64,000 nt of DNA, from the NCBI RefSeq assembly GCF_006345805.1, contig NC_043008.1, positions 11,036,001 through 11,100,000 of the forward strand, in the 5' to 3' direction. The stretch comes from Octopus sinensis (lineage: Eukaryota). The position numbers and the translations under genes were made by a program. Below the pieces are notes generated by a model. That model did not search any database and was not told the origin of the DNA. It saw only the letters and a list, made by a program, of their open reading frames with translations. Shown here piece by piece: positions 38,201-50,119 of this stretch; position 1 is the stretch's first letter; each line of letters begins with the position of its first letter.

Positions 38201-38652
38201 CTCTACAGACACGGCTCGAGAAACACGGGGCCGACCTGCCGAGATGCGGTCAGAGCGACGAAACCGTTCTGCACGCACTCGTTCAGTGTCCAACAATTTC
38301 CGACCTGTGGGCTTATGTCGAACAACTGCTGTCACGTGTGGGACGAGTCGGTTTATCAGCTGAGTCTATCGTCAATATTGTCACGCCTCCTTCCTTCAAA
38401 CGGGAAGGAAGAGCTATTTTCATCATCCTTGTGGCTATGGCGAAAGAATGTATCTGGTGGACGCGTCTGAAAGATTGGAGACAAACACTTTCCTCTCTGG
38501 TCAATCTCTCATCAACTTCTTCAAGTACCACTTGAAAAGGAAAGTGAGAGTAGAGAGGCAAGTTTTGTCTAGCGAATGTTTTAAAAAAATGGGTGAATGT
38601 AGCAAGAATGGCACGTATGAATGACGAAGCCACCTTGAGCATAGTCCTATGA
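35234..38652 (+). pseudogene. LINE ORF2 (APE endonuclease, reverse transcriptase, C-terminal zinc finger), about 10 small indels
   Basis: MIKIGCVNARGL; IIAISETRL; LVGDWNA; SRSYLDRI; SYTDHKLV; GPGYWKLNASFL; NFRPITLLNADLKILAKVLAKRL; LDQSKAFDRVDH; RQGCPLS; SAYADDDVTV; TC(P)RCGQSDETVLHALVQCP. Stop after ATLSIVL at 38650-38652. Confidence 0.95.
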
Positions 38653-38956
38653 ACCCAGAAATCGAAAACAGAGAGTTGCTTATTTGCAAAAAAAAAAAAA
38701 AAAAAAAAAAAAAGAAATATAAAATGTGACTTCATTGACCGAGGTTACCGTGGTCTTTTCCGCAGGCTTTTCTTTCCACGGTAACCTCACCTGTCCTCCC
38801 CTTTACACTTCATATTGACATTTCTGTGATAACGATCCCTATTGATCATTTTTTTTCCTCTCCCCCCCTTTTTTTTTTTTTTTTTTTTTTTAACCCCCCT
38901 TATTTTTGTCCTCTTTCTCTCCTTTTACGATCCCTTTGATCGAACCTCCCCCTTCC

Positions 38957-38987
<31 letters not shown>

Positions 38988-39071
38988 CCTTCAAAAGAAA
39001 AGCTCTACCTTGTAATTTGTTCTATCTGTGTGCAGCCCTGTGTGGCTAATAAAGAAACATATCTAGAAACT

Positions 39072-39087
39072 TATCTATCTATCTATC

Positions 39088-39134
<47 letters not shown>

Positions 39135-39186
39135 GTCTGTCTGTCTGTGTCTGTCTATCTATCTATCTATCTATCTATCTATGTAA

Positions 39187-39265
<79 letters not shown>

Positions 39266-39360
39266 TCTATCTATCCATCCATCTATTTATCTATCTATCT
39301 ATCTATCTATCTATCCATCCATCTATTTATCTATCTATCTATCTATCTATCTATCAATCA

Positions 39361-39447
<87 letters not shown>

Positions 39448-39478
39448 AATCTATCTATCTACCTATCTATATATATAT
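39072..39478. repeat. (TATC)n/(TGTC)n/(CATC)n microsatellite
   Basis: Direct reading. Confidence 0.97.
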
Positions 39479-39901
39479 ATACCCACGCATATAAATATGT
39501 GTATATTTGTGTATGTACGTTCTAATGTCGGAATCCCAAAATGTACTTTTTAATGAAATCAATAAACATCACCGCCATTAAATATAAAAATATTTTCGAA
39601 ATTTTTTTCCTCATATTTAGATTTATTATTAAAAGCAATTACAGTGAATGCAACATATAAATCGTTCTTGCTCTGGGTAATGGATAATAACCTCGCTCGG
39701 TTTCTAAATTGAAGTGTAACGGTGTACTCTAAATACACACACACACACAGAAACGCATACATACACACACACACACACACACAAATACACACACACATAC
39801 ACACAGAGATACGAATACATACAAGCACAAAAATAGACCGACACATGACCGAAACACGTTTGTGTAGTTGGGTGTTTAAGGTGTGTATATGTGTGTATAT
39901 A

Positions 39902-39971
<70 letters not shown>

Positions 39972-40348
39972 TATGTATATATATGTATATATACAACCCC
40001 CCTACACTCGCACACTTGCACATATGTGTATGTGAGTCTGTACATTTGCGCATGGAGGTCTGTTTATGTGGCCATATATATGTGTGCAAATCATACGGAG
40101 ACTATATCTGAGTGCCTTAGTTTGTATATGTGTGTGGATACTGTTTCATCTACGCTTCTATGTCTTCAATTAGTTTTTACTTACAAATATATATATGTAT
40201 GTACTCGTAGATACACACACTAGCTAATATACTCATATGAAAGCACAAGTATGCATACAACCACACACACATATATATATATATATACATAGAATCATAT
40301 ATATACCCGCACGTATATATATATGCATATACGTATATACATATACAT

Positions 40349-40402
<54 letters not shown>

Positions 40403-40418
40403 ATATATATATATATAT

Positions 40419-40500
<82 letters not shown>

Positions 40501-41839
40501 TGTTTGTGGTTCTGTAGATATGGAAGCACACACAAACACGCACTCACACTCACACACACACACATACACATACACACGCATATATATATCATAACACCTA
40601 ATATTGTTCCTACTAAACGTCAAATAGAAATTTATAGGAAAATATTATTGATGTTTTTACTTGAATACATAATCTGCCTTTAGATGACTGCTAGGTTAAA
40701 ATACGCGCTAAATATCATAAGATCTACAGACTTCAAACTAAGCTTTAATCTATTGTCTTTTTGTTCAAAAGTAATTTTATTTCGTTCAGGCGCTAAATTC
40801 AGGTTTGGCATCTTATATCTCCTTCATTCTTTCAAATGTTTATTTATTGCTTATATCCATTAGAACTAGTTTTGATATATCTCTTTTTATCTGGTCTAAA
40901 ACATAAAAAATCGGCATCACTAAAACCTTACATGGCCTTTTCAAACTGTCAAGCTGGCATTTACTGTAATAAAAATGTCAGATAAGAAAGGAATGCGAAA
41001 TTATGCTGTAAGTTATGAACAGAAATGGGGATAACGTAAATCCATTGTGATAAATTCCATCTTAAGAAGATAAAAAACGATGCAGAGTTTACTTTTCCCT
41101 TATTGTATCTATAATACATCATTATCATTTTCGATTAGATAAAGAAATATAGATATATCTAAATTTCTCCCAAGTCCTTCACAAAAAAACCAGGTTCTTA
41201 TATTTACTCTAAATAACAAGGCATTTGTGTTTTTATTTACATATATTTTGAGAAAATATGCATTGTCCCGTATTTACTGAAGTAAATGCAATTGTAGATG
41301 TTGTGGAGTTATTAAGCAGTGTAGCTTTTGTACCTCCATATGCATAAAGTTACGTTTGTATACAATAAAATCTAGAAATTCAGTCCTCAAAGAAAATTAT
41401 GCTTTGATATTTCTAATTCCAGTTACAAGTTGTAGAAATTTCAATAGCATTTATACTTCGCAAACTTTTGTTAGCTCATTGGCAAATGTCTTAAACTTAT
41501 CGAGTTATCTGATAAATATTCTAGGATTGGAGCAGATCTAAGAATACATCTTTACGTCTGATTTGCTCATTTATCTTTAAATTAAAAGTATAATTATTCA
41601 TTTGGAAGTTATAATTTACATAGTTAAAGGCATAAAGTACCTGGTCGTAATTTTTTAATTTCAAGAAATTACACACCTCATATATAAATCCTTTACTGCT
41701 CTGAGAAATCCTGCAGGTTTAATGGCAGATTCATACACCAATGAACCAGAACGCGTGTTGAAATTTTTGCTACTTTCTGTTTTTCTCCTTTTGACTTATA
41801 CTCGTTTACTTTCCGTTGTTTTAGAAAACTATATAAGGA

Positions 41840-43015
41840 CTTCATTAGGGTCGTATTCTGTCTAGTATTTGTTCAAAATCTACATTCAGAGGATAATGCG
41901 AGAGCAATACAGAAAGAACACGGCATCAAAATACATGCCTTGTATATTTCTTATTTCTTTACTGCCCATAAGGGGCTACACATAGAGGGCACAAACAAGG
42001 ACAGACAAACGGATTAAGTCGATTATATCGACCCCAGTGCGTAACTGGTACTTGTTTAATCGACCCCGAAAGGATGAAAGGCAAAGTCAACCTCGGCGAA
42101 ATTTGAACCCAGTACGTAGCGGCAGACGAAATACTGCTAAGCTTTTGGCCCGGCGTGCTAACATTTCTGCCAGCTCGCCGCCGCAGAATTAGATTAGAAA
42201 TATGCCTTGCATATTTCTAATCTACGATATGCAGACGATACTGCACTACTTCCCAAGACTGAAGTCCGACTACAAGAAATAATAAATAGAGTCGAGTACG
42301 TCTCAAATATATATGATCCTTATCTCAATCATACGAGAACAAAGTCACATTCGTAGGAAAAGAGAAAGAAAATGTTAGCATAAAGATGGACATTTACAGG
42401 CTCAAACAGTTCGAATTGAGCTTATAACTTGGGGTCTATTTCTCTGATGACGCCACATGTAAGAAAGAAATTACGACAGGGATAGTCATGGAGAGAACGT
42501 TCATGGAAAAGCTTACTAACTTCTGGTTTAGCAAAAGTGTCCCAACGCAGTTCAGTTAAAAACAAAGTTATTACGAGCAATCATTTGGCCAATAGACATT
42601 CATGGTTGCGAAGCATGGACTGTAACAAGTTTTTGGAAGACATAATCCATGCGTTCCAAATGTTGATGAATAGGACAATGTTACGAATCTATGACAAGGA
42701 CAATCAGACAAATGGATAGGCGTTACAATAAGCAGCTGGAAGTTGACAACTCCTGAACATTGTGAAAAAAGCGAAAGCCCATCGATTATGGCCATAGTCG
42801 AAGAAGTAGAAGTCTCGAAGACATTATAATCGAAGGAAGAGTAACGCAGAGGGTTGTATATCAAGGGGCAGATAGGGAACGCAATAGATGAGACGATATC
42901 CAGAGTTGGTTGGACAAGAATGATTAGATAACTGGAGACCTCGCGCTTAATCGAGAAATCTTACGCTGTTGAATTATCAATGCGTTGCAGGCGTAAGATA
43001 CATGGTGACGTCAGC
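41840..43015 (+). mobile_element. Old RTE-clade LINE 3' fragment (RT to C-terminus), interrupted by a SINE
   Basis: G.ILS..F.IY...IMRE...GIKI | ISNLRYADDTALL..TE..LQEIINRVE; KLLRAIIWPI..GCEAWT; MLRI; YGHSRRSRSLEDIIIEGRV; R*DDIQSW. Many stops and indels. Confidence 0.85.
41952..42184 (-). mobile_element. SINE family A, tail type 1, inserted in the RTE with a 17-bp TSD
   Basis: atgccttgtatatttct (41935-41951) / atgccttgcatatttct (42202-42218). Confidence 0.95.
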
Positions 43016-43998
43016 GATTTTGCTGAAATAAAAGCTACAACATTGAATTTATAATTATCAAAAGAGCCTTTGGTGTCCATGACGAAACTCATTTGGCCCT
43101 AAAGCAGTTATATTTGAGAACTGCTAAGCAAGCTCACTTTTGATTTGTAGGCTTTTTTTTCAATGTTAAGAAAACATCAAACATTGATCAGTTATTTCAT
43201 TAACGAACAAGTATTTCAAGCAAGCTCGACCGCTCAAGCTATTTGATCAATCATCAGCTTTTGTATTATCCCACACAGTATCACTTATTACTGTAATTTA
43301 TCAATGGAGCCACGGGGTGTGTGTGGAACATCGATCAATTTTTATCTCCTAACTCTATTTTATTCATTGTAAAACAACCATTCTACTATCAATCAGTTAT
43401 ATTAATGATTTTTGTCCGGTAGTGCATGGAGCTTTTCACACACTAACTTTCAGTACAGAAAGCAAGACTATCTTTTCTGTCTATTTTTATATTTCCTTCA
43501 CGGGTTTTGTTTTTCCTTCTCTTTTGATTTTGCTTATGCCACCTTTTTAAAGTTATCTCTTTCATCAGCTCGTATAACTTATCATCAGGAACACGTTAAT
43601 ATAAATCTGTGAAAGAACATCATATTGCCATTTATACAAAAAGTCAGTCAGTTGCTTGTGAAAATAAGGAAGAAAAAAGTAATTGGGTTTCCTTTACAGG
43701 AGATGAGGATCAGTTCAAGAATGTTCTAAATGAACGTTTGAAATTGAATCTCAACAGAAAATTCTTAAATGTCAGAAGCTTGATCCGACATATTTTAGGA
43801 ATTTCGGTTCTACTACTCTAACAGTATTGTGTGCTGGAAATGGTAGTACAGCAATTTACAAATATTTGAAACTTTTGTCAAAGATTGAGGAGCAATAACG
43901 AAATAAATGGATTTAGACGTGTCAAAAACAGGTAAGCGTTATGAAGATAACAATAGTCTGTTGTACTTCAGAATAATAATTAGGAAACGTATTTAGAG

Positions 43999-44429
43999 TA
44001 GGAGTGGCTGTGTGGTAAGTAGCTTGCTTACCAACCATATGCTTCCGGGTTCAGTCCCACCGCGTGGCATCTTGAGCAAGTGTCTTCTACTATAGCCTCG
44101 GGCCAACCAATGCCTTGTGAGTGGATTTGGTTGACGGAAACTGAAAGAAGCCCGTCGTATATATGTATATATATATATATATGTGTGTGTGCGTGTATGT
44201 TTGTGTGTCTGTGTTTGTACCCCTAGCATTGCTTGACAACCGATGCTGGTGTGTTTACGTTCCCGTCACTTAGCGGTTCGGCAAAAAGAGACCGATAGAA
44301 TAAGTACTGGGCTTACAAAAAAAAAAAGAATAAGTCCCGGGGTCGAGTTGCTCGACTAAAGGCGGTGCTCCAGCATGGCCGCAGTCAAATGACTGAAACA
44401 GGTAAAAGAGTAAAGGAGTAAAGATAGAG
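43999..44429 (+). mobile_element. SINE family B, full length
   Basis: ggagtggctgtgtggtaag...gggttcagtcccac...tcttgagcaagtgtctt...gtcaaatgactgaaacaggtaaaagagtaaa. Confidence 0.93.
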
Positions 44430-44618
44430 TAGGATTTGTCGGGTATGATGCAACAGGGATAATGAGTGTATCAGTAGACCTCTGTGAGAGAACTTGCAGA
44501 TTGCTCAGAGATATAGAGATAGTTATACTTGTTGTAGGAAAAGCAGTGGTATTTCAATATTTCAGTGTTAGGAGAAAATTTGTTGACAGCTGGTTTCTGT
44601 GCTCCGAATTCACCTAAT

Positions 44619-45185
44619 ATACATTTTCTTCGTAAGTTTCCTGAAGTTTTCCAAACCCTCAAATATTGAAATAGCAGGTAATAGTTCCGACAATTGACCT
44701 GTATTTTACCCTTTGTAACTTGCATTGTTTTTATTTTTAAAAATATATTTAATAAACACATACACAACACACGTATACATACTTATGCACAAAAATTTAC
44801 GTATCAATACATTTTCTTCGTAAGATTCCTGAAGTTTTCCAAACCCTCAAATATTGAAATAGCAGGTAATAATTCCGACAATCGACCCGTATTTCACCCT
44901 TTGTAACTTGCATTGTTTTTATTTTTAAATATATATTTAATAAACACATACACAACACACGTATACATACTTATGCACAAAAATTTACGTATCAATACAT
45001 CTTCTTCGTAAGATTCCTGAAGTTTTCCAAATCCTCAAATATTGAAATAGCAGGTAATAGTTCTCACGATCGACCTGTATTTTACATTTTGTAACTTGCA
45101 TTCTTTTTATTTTTAAATATATATGTAATAAACACATACACACATATACACACGTACATACTTATACGAAAAAACTTACTTATAT
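44619..45185. repeat. Tandem triplication of a 188-bp unit
   Basis: atacat(t/c)ttcttcgtaag recurs at 44619, 44807 and 44995. Units 1 and 2 are nearly identical; unit 3 is more diverged. Confidence 0.95.
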
Positions 45186-46115
45186 TGATTCGTTTGTTTT
45201 GCAGTAAATATAGATTATGCACATATAATTGTAAAGTTGTGGAAATGATAAGATTCGAGTCATTTGTAGAAGATTCACGTGTGTTGTCTTTGGTTGAAAA
45301 AAATTGGCGTAAACAGGTATGTTATTTTCGATATTTGTGACTTCACATTGCTTCCATATTTTTAGTAATAAAATCTGAACAAACAGATCGATTATAGAAG
45401 CTAAGATTTTAACTGTAAAAACAAGTTATTGTCTGACACCAAGTACGTTTATTTTTCGTTTACTTATTATATGAATGTAGCCAAATTTTGCAACCCACTA
45501 ATAAATTTATTTATTAATTTCGTATTTGCTTGATCAATTGTTGGTAAGATATGGTTTCAGATTGTAACAATTTCTTATTGCACGAATACTTAACGTAAAG
45601 ACTGTATGATATCTTGATATTGTTTTTAATAACATAGGGATGGGAAATATCTCCACAATATTGCAATGGTTACTCGAGACAGTATTATATACCAGATTTA
45701 CTCAAAATCTTGATTTCCGTGAATGTTGATCCCTCCAGGTTTTTGCACTGTTTTTCATAAACACATCATGAAGCTACAATATTGTGGTCTGTTTTGGCTT
45801 TTATATTTTAACAGGAAGCAAATCCGAACTTTGTGACTGACATGCACTGTGCTAAGTTGTTAGACTATTATAGCGTGGGGAATAGCGTAAACTGGTAATC
45901 GAACTAGAGTTTCGTTTCACAGCGTATTTTCTTTCAAAATCAAACAACTCCCATGCTTTCGAAGGTGAATTAATTCTGAAATAGAATCAGGAACGTTGAT
46001 TTGACATGAGTTCTTTCTCATGCAATGGTGCTAAAATACTAAAATATTTCCAATTAATATTTGCATGTCAACAAGGCTGTGAGCTGGCAGAATCTTTAGC
46101 ACGCATGGCAAATTC

Positions 46116-46481
46116 CGAGGCCAACAATTTGGGGGAGGTCTAAGTCGATTAAATCGACCCAAGTGTTCAGCTGATATTTATTTTATCGACCCCGAATGGA
46201 TGAAAGGCAACGTCGACCTCAGCGGAATTTGAAGTCAGAACATAAAGACAGACGAAATACCTATTTCTTTACTACCCACAAGGGGATAAACACAGAAGGG
46301 ACAAACAAGGACAGACAAACGAATTTACATCGACCCCAGTGCGTAATTGGTACTTATTTAATCGACCCCGAAAGTATGAAAAGCAGAGTCGACCTCGACG
46401 GAATTTGAACTCAGAACGTAACGGCAGACGAAATGCGCCTGCGCATTTCACCCGGCGTGCTAACGTTTCTGCCAGCTCGCC
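46116..46481 (-). mobile_element. Two-unit SINE A array: tail-1 unit joined to a tail-2 unit at the internal GGTAT
   Basis: Junction at 46261|46262 (element strand gaaata|ggtatttcgtctg). A short plus-strand head fragment lies at 46075-46114. Confidence 0.9.
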
Positions 46482-46559
46482 ACATTGATATAGTACCAAT
46501 ATTACAAAGACATTTAGTCAAGATAATTCAGTCATTATTAAATTGTTATGTTAGCTTCA

Positions 46560-46760
46560 AATTTGGCATAGGGCTAGCAATTTCGGGTGAGAGGTTAAGT
46601 CAATTACATTGACCCCCAGTGCACAACTGGTAGTTATTAAGCGACCCAGAGAGTATGAAAAGTAAAGTCGACGTCGCAAGAATTTGAACTCAGAACGTAA
46701 GGTCGGGAGGAATGCAGCTAAGCATTTATTTCGGCGCAGTAATGATTCTTCCTGCTCCAA
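46560..46760 (-). mobile_element. SINE family A, tail type 2, degenerate
   Basis: gaatttgaactcagaacg, aaagtaaagtcgac, aatttggcatagggctagcaatttc. Confidence 0.78.
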
Positions 46761-46781
46761 GCTCCTTATTAAATTGTTATC

Positions 46782-47069
46782 ATTGTGATCACCGTGACCG
46801 ACCAGGCTATCAGATGTTGCTACACATCGCTGGTCACAATGCGCTTCGCATTGTTTTAGCCTTCAAATGACACCAGCAGGCCAACAGAAGAAAGAGTGGG
46901 AGAAAGCTGTGGCAAAAGAGTAGAGCAGGGATCGCCACCACCCCTTGCCAGAGCCTCGTGGAGCTTTAGGTGTTTTCGCCCAATAAACACCCACAACGCC
47001 CGGTCTGGGAATCGAAACCACGATCCTACAACCGCGAGTCCGCCGCCCTAACCACTATGCCATTGCGCC
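46782..47069 (-). mobile_element. SINE family C with a third tail type (Y)
   Basis: C head (ggcgcaatggcatagtggttagggcgg...) joined to ...gcattgtgaccagcgatgtgtagcaacatctgatagcctggtcggtcacggtgatcacaa. Confidence 0.85.
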
Positions 47070-48447
47070 TTAATTAAACCTTATCTCTATTTTTGGAAGT
47101 CATGTGGGAGAAATATTTTTGACATTTAAAAATAAAATGCTTCTCTTGTAAAAGCTACGATTCCTTTACTTAACTGGTTTCTAATGTCGCATGCTAGCTT
47201 CAAATGAAAGGACACTTTTACTTAAACTGTTTTGAAATTGCTTTGTTTTATTTCTACTCAAATTACGAACGTTGTAAGAAATGAAAGCCATTGTAACTTG
47301 ACTCTTTATCGTCTAACAACCCAGCAGAGCAAGAATAAAAAGCAAAGTTCAATAAATGCTAACACAATTGTCTACCTTTGCTGTTATTCATCCGGTTACT
47401 TGACTATACGCCATAGGTGTGAAAATAAACGACTTCCTATTTCTCAGTGAAAGCAAACATCTTTTGTTATTGGAAGAATTAGTCGAAAGCTTATTTCCTT
47501 GTTTTGGTAAATGTTCCAACACGGACGTTAGAAGAGTAGATCTTGATTTCAATATATAAATATACATTTGATCGGAAAATCCGCTGAGGTCTTTGAATAG
47601 AATTTGCTTCAGGGTTGAAGTGTAATATCATCACACCGTTTTCAATTGATTTCCGAACTCAAAGACTTCCTTATCTTAATACAAATATAACAAAGCATAG
47701 AAGCATGGTTTAATAAATTGTGTTATATTTATAGAGCGAATATCAAGAATGACAGATGGATCAAATGCAGATAATTGATCGCTTTGATTTGTTTAGTTTG
47801 ATCATTTATCTACTCTGTTGATACGTTTTGCTTTCAACTCTTTAAAGTTCTTAACTGCGCGTAATTTCCTCTCCTTTTTGCAAACAAATCATAAACTTTC
47901 ATTATCTCAATTGTTTATAATTTGTGTACTCGGAACATCAGGAAATAATCATTTGCTTTATCTTAAGCGGCAGAGGCAGTAATAAAATTACAAACATATG
48001 TCTGGTTTAGTCAAAACCTATACAGTACTGACCCACTTAAAATTGGTCTGCTTCTCACTTCTGTACTGTTGATTGCTACGTCTTTATATGCAGGCTATTT
48101 TTAATAGAGATCGACAAACAAATCAATTCTGATTATTCCATCTTACACAAGCAAACATCCGACAGAATAGATTAATATTTAACTGAAGTAACTTTGTGTA
48201 CGATCTTTATGTTCGTTAAACTAAGTGTACAAATGACTTGTGAATATATTGATGTATACTAGTCACAGTCACAGGTAGATAGATCATCATCAATTTTATA
48301 TTACGGAGGCGAATACAAGTACTTGGATCCGATAATAAAACATATATGGATTGTTAACATTTGGTCGTCACGAGACTGTAGTACAAGACGCCCAAATGTC
48401 ACGCAGAGACATGTGGTTGGAAAGCAAGCTTCTTACCACACACTTAA

Positions 48448-48550
<103 letters not shown>

Positions 48551-48676
48551 AATATGTGTGTGTGTATATATATCTATATGTATATATATATATGTATGTA
48601 TGTATATATATATCTATATACATATAAATATATGTATATGTATGTATGTGTGTATATATATATATGCATATGTATG

Positions 48677-48711
<35 letters not shown>

Positions 48712-48789
48712 GTATGTATATATACATACAGCATATATATATATATTGTGTGTGTATGTGTGTGTGTGGTGTTGGTGGGGGTAGATGAT

Positions 48790-48980
48790 GCTCATTAGCC
48801 GTGGTGAAGGCAACTCTTTTAGGAGAGGAACACTGACATAAAACCAGGTCATGGAAATGACAGCCCTTGGGCTGGCTGCAATGTCAAAGCCATGAATGTT
48901 GATGGGGGCAGACTGAGTTCCTGTTTTGAAACGAAACGGTGAGTAGGACAACCAGTATAGGAGAATAAAGCTCTGAATTC
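48790..48980 (+). mobile_element. Probable RTE-type LINE 5'-region fragment
   Basis: Two related motifs, ggcaactcttttaggagaggaacactga and ggacaaccagtataggagaataaagctctgaattc, resembling RTE 5'UTR motifs (from recognition only). Confidence 0.4.
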
Positions 48981-50119
48981 ATATATATATATATATATAT
49001 ATGTTCGTGTATTCTCTATACGTGCATAAATGTTTCTATGCCAATCTGGATACAACAATATATGTACATTTACAAACAAAAAGGCGTGATTTACTGAGTA
49101 CACAAAGCCATCAGCCAAACTTACAAAACTGTTTCAAGCTAATTACCATTTCCATATAAGAAAATTAATTATAACCATACAACAAAATCTGTTTTTTTTC
49201 TACATAAATCTGGCTTCTCTTTTGAAATTATTTTGTGGTGAAAGAATATTTGAAATTAATTATTAATATTTTCATTGATGGAAAATCTCTAAAGAACTAT
49301 AATTTTCTCTCAATATAATTGTATTCGAGATCAGTCTTAGTCTATAGTCATTACTTACATTCTATTCAAGTCACCGTGTAAAAAAAACAAAACAAACAAA
49401 CACACATATGCACATATAAATATATACAAAAACATATACAGGCAAGAACTTGTGCACGCATATACTATTCATTGGTGTATTTACTGTTAAAATATCATTA
49501 ACGATTGATTCATATTTTCGCACAAATCCTTTGTCAATGATGTTTTCGAAAATATAAACAATTATAAAGTGTTATTCTAGGAGTTGACATGTCCAAAAGA
49601 AGCCATGTCTGGCCACTCAGAATAGAGAACTGAAAGAAAAGTCTTTAGTCCAACAAAATATAAGAAGGCATTTCAACCATGTTTCGTGGTCTGCCACTAC
49701 AACAGCTCCTTTATAGGATACAGTTAGCTCAAGACATCATCAGGAGGAACCACGTCCGGTTTCGGCCCTTACTCCTCTACAGTTTTGACGCGGCGGGGCC
49801 CTCCCTTTCGGAGTTGTCTTCAGCTCTGGTGTTGGGTGCATGTCTTCTTTCTTCTGTTCTCTCATAGATGAAAGAAAATATATTTTGTCGGACTAACCAT
49901 TACGGATTATATATTTTATTTTATTCATTTATAAAATCTCGACTCTTTCACGAAACCACTTACTCGCAAGTTAAATTATATTTGACTATATAACTCTTAG
50001 TTGTACTTATTTAAGTCATTACATGGCACCTATGCTAGGGCACCGCTTTGGAGGATTTTAGTCGAAAAAATCGACTCCAAAACATCTTTTTAAGCCTGGT
50101 GTTTATTCTATCTGGTAAT

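Larger units (their letters stand above)
32982..39060 (+). mobile_element. Near full-length Tx1/L1-clade LINE (5'UTR, ORF1, ORF2, poly-A/poly-T-rich 3'UTR, AATAAA)
   Basis: Two-ORF architecture listed below; AATAAA at 39048-39053 followed by (TATC)n; (TCTA)4 at 32964-32981. The exact 5' end is uncertain (32982 to ~33000). Confidence 0.93.

Noticed and set aside
48821-48939. Open frame between tttag| and a perfect |GTGAGT donor (ERNTDIKPGHGNDSPWAGC...)
   Set aside because: Lies within a duplicated-motif segment resembling an RTE 5' region, so more likely repeat-derived; exonisation is not excluded.
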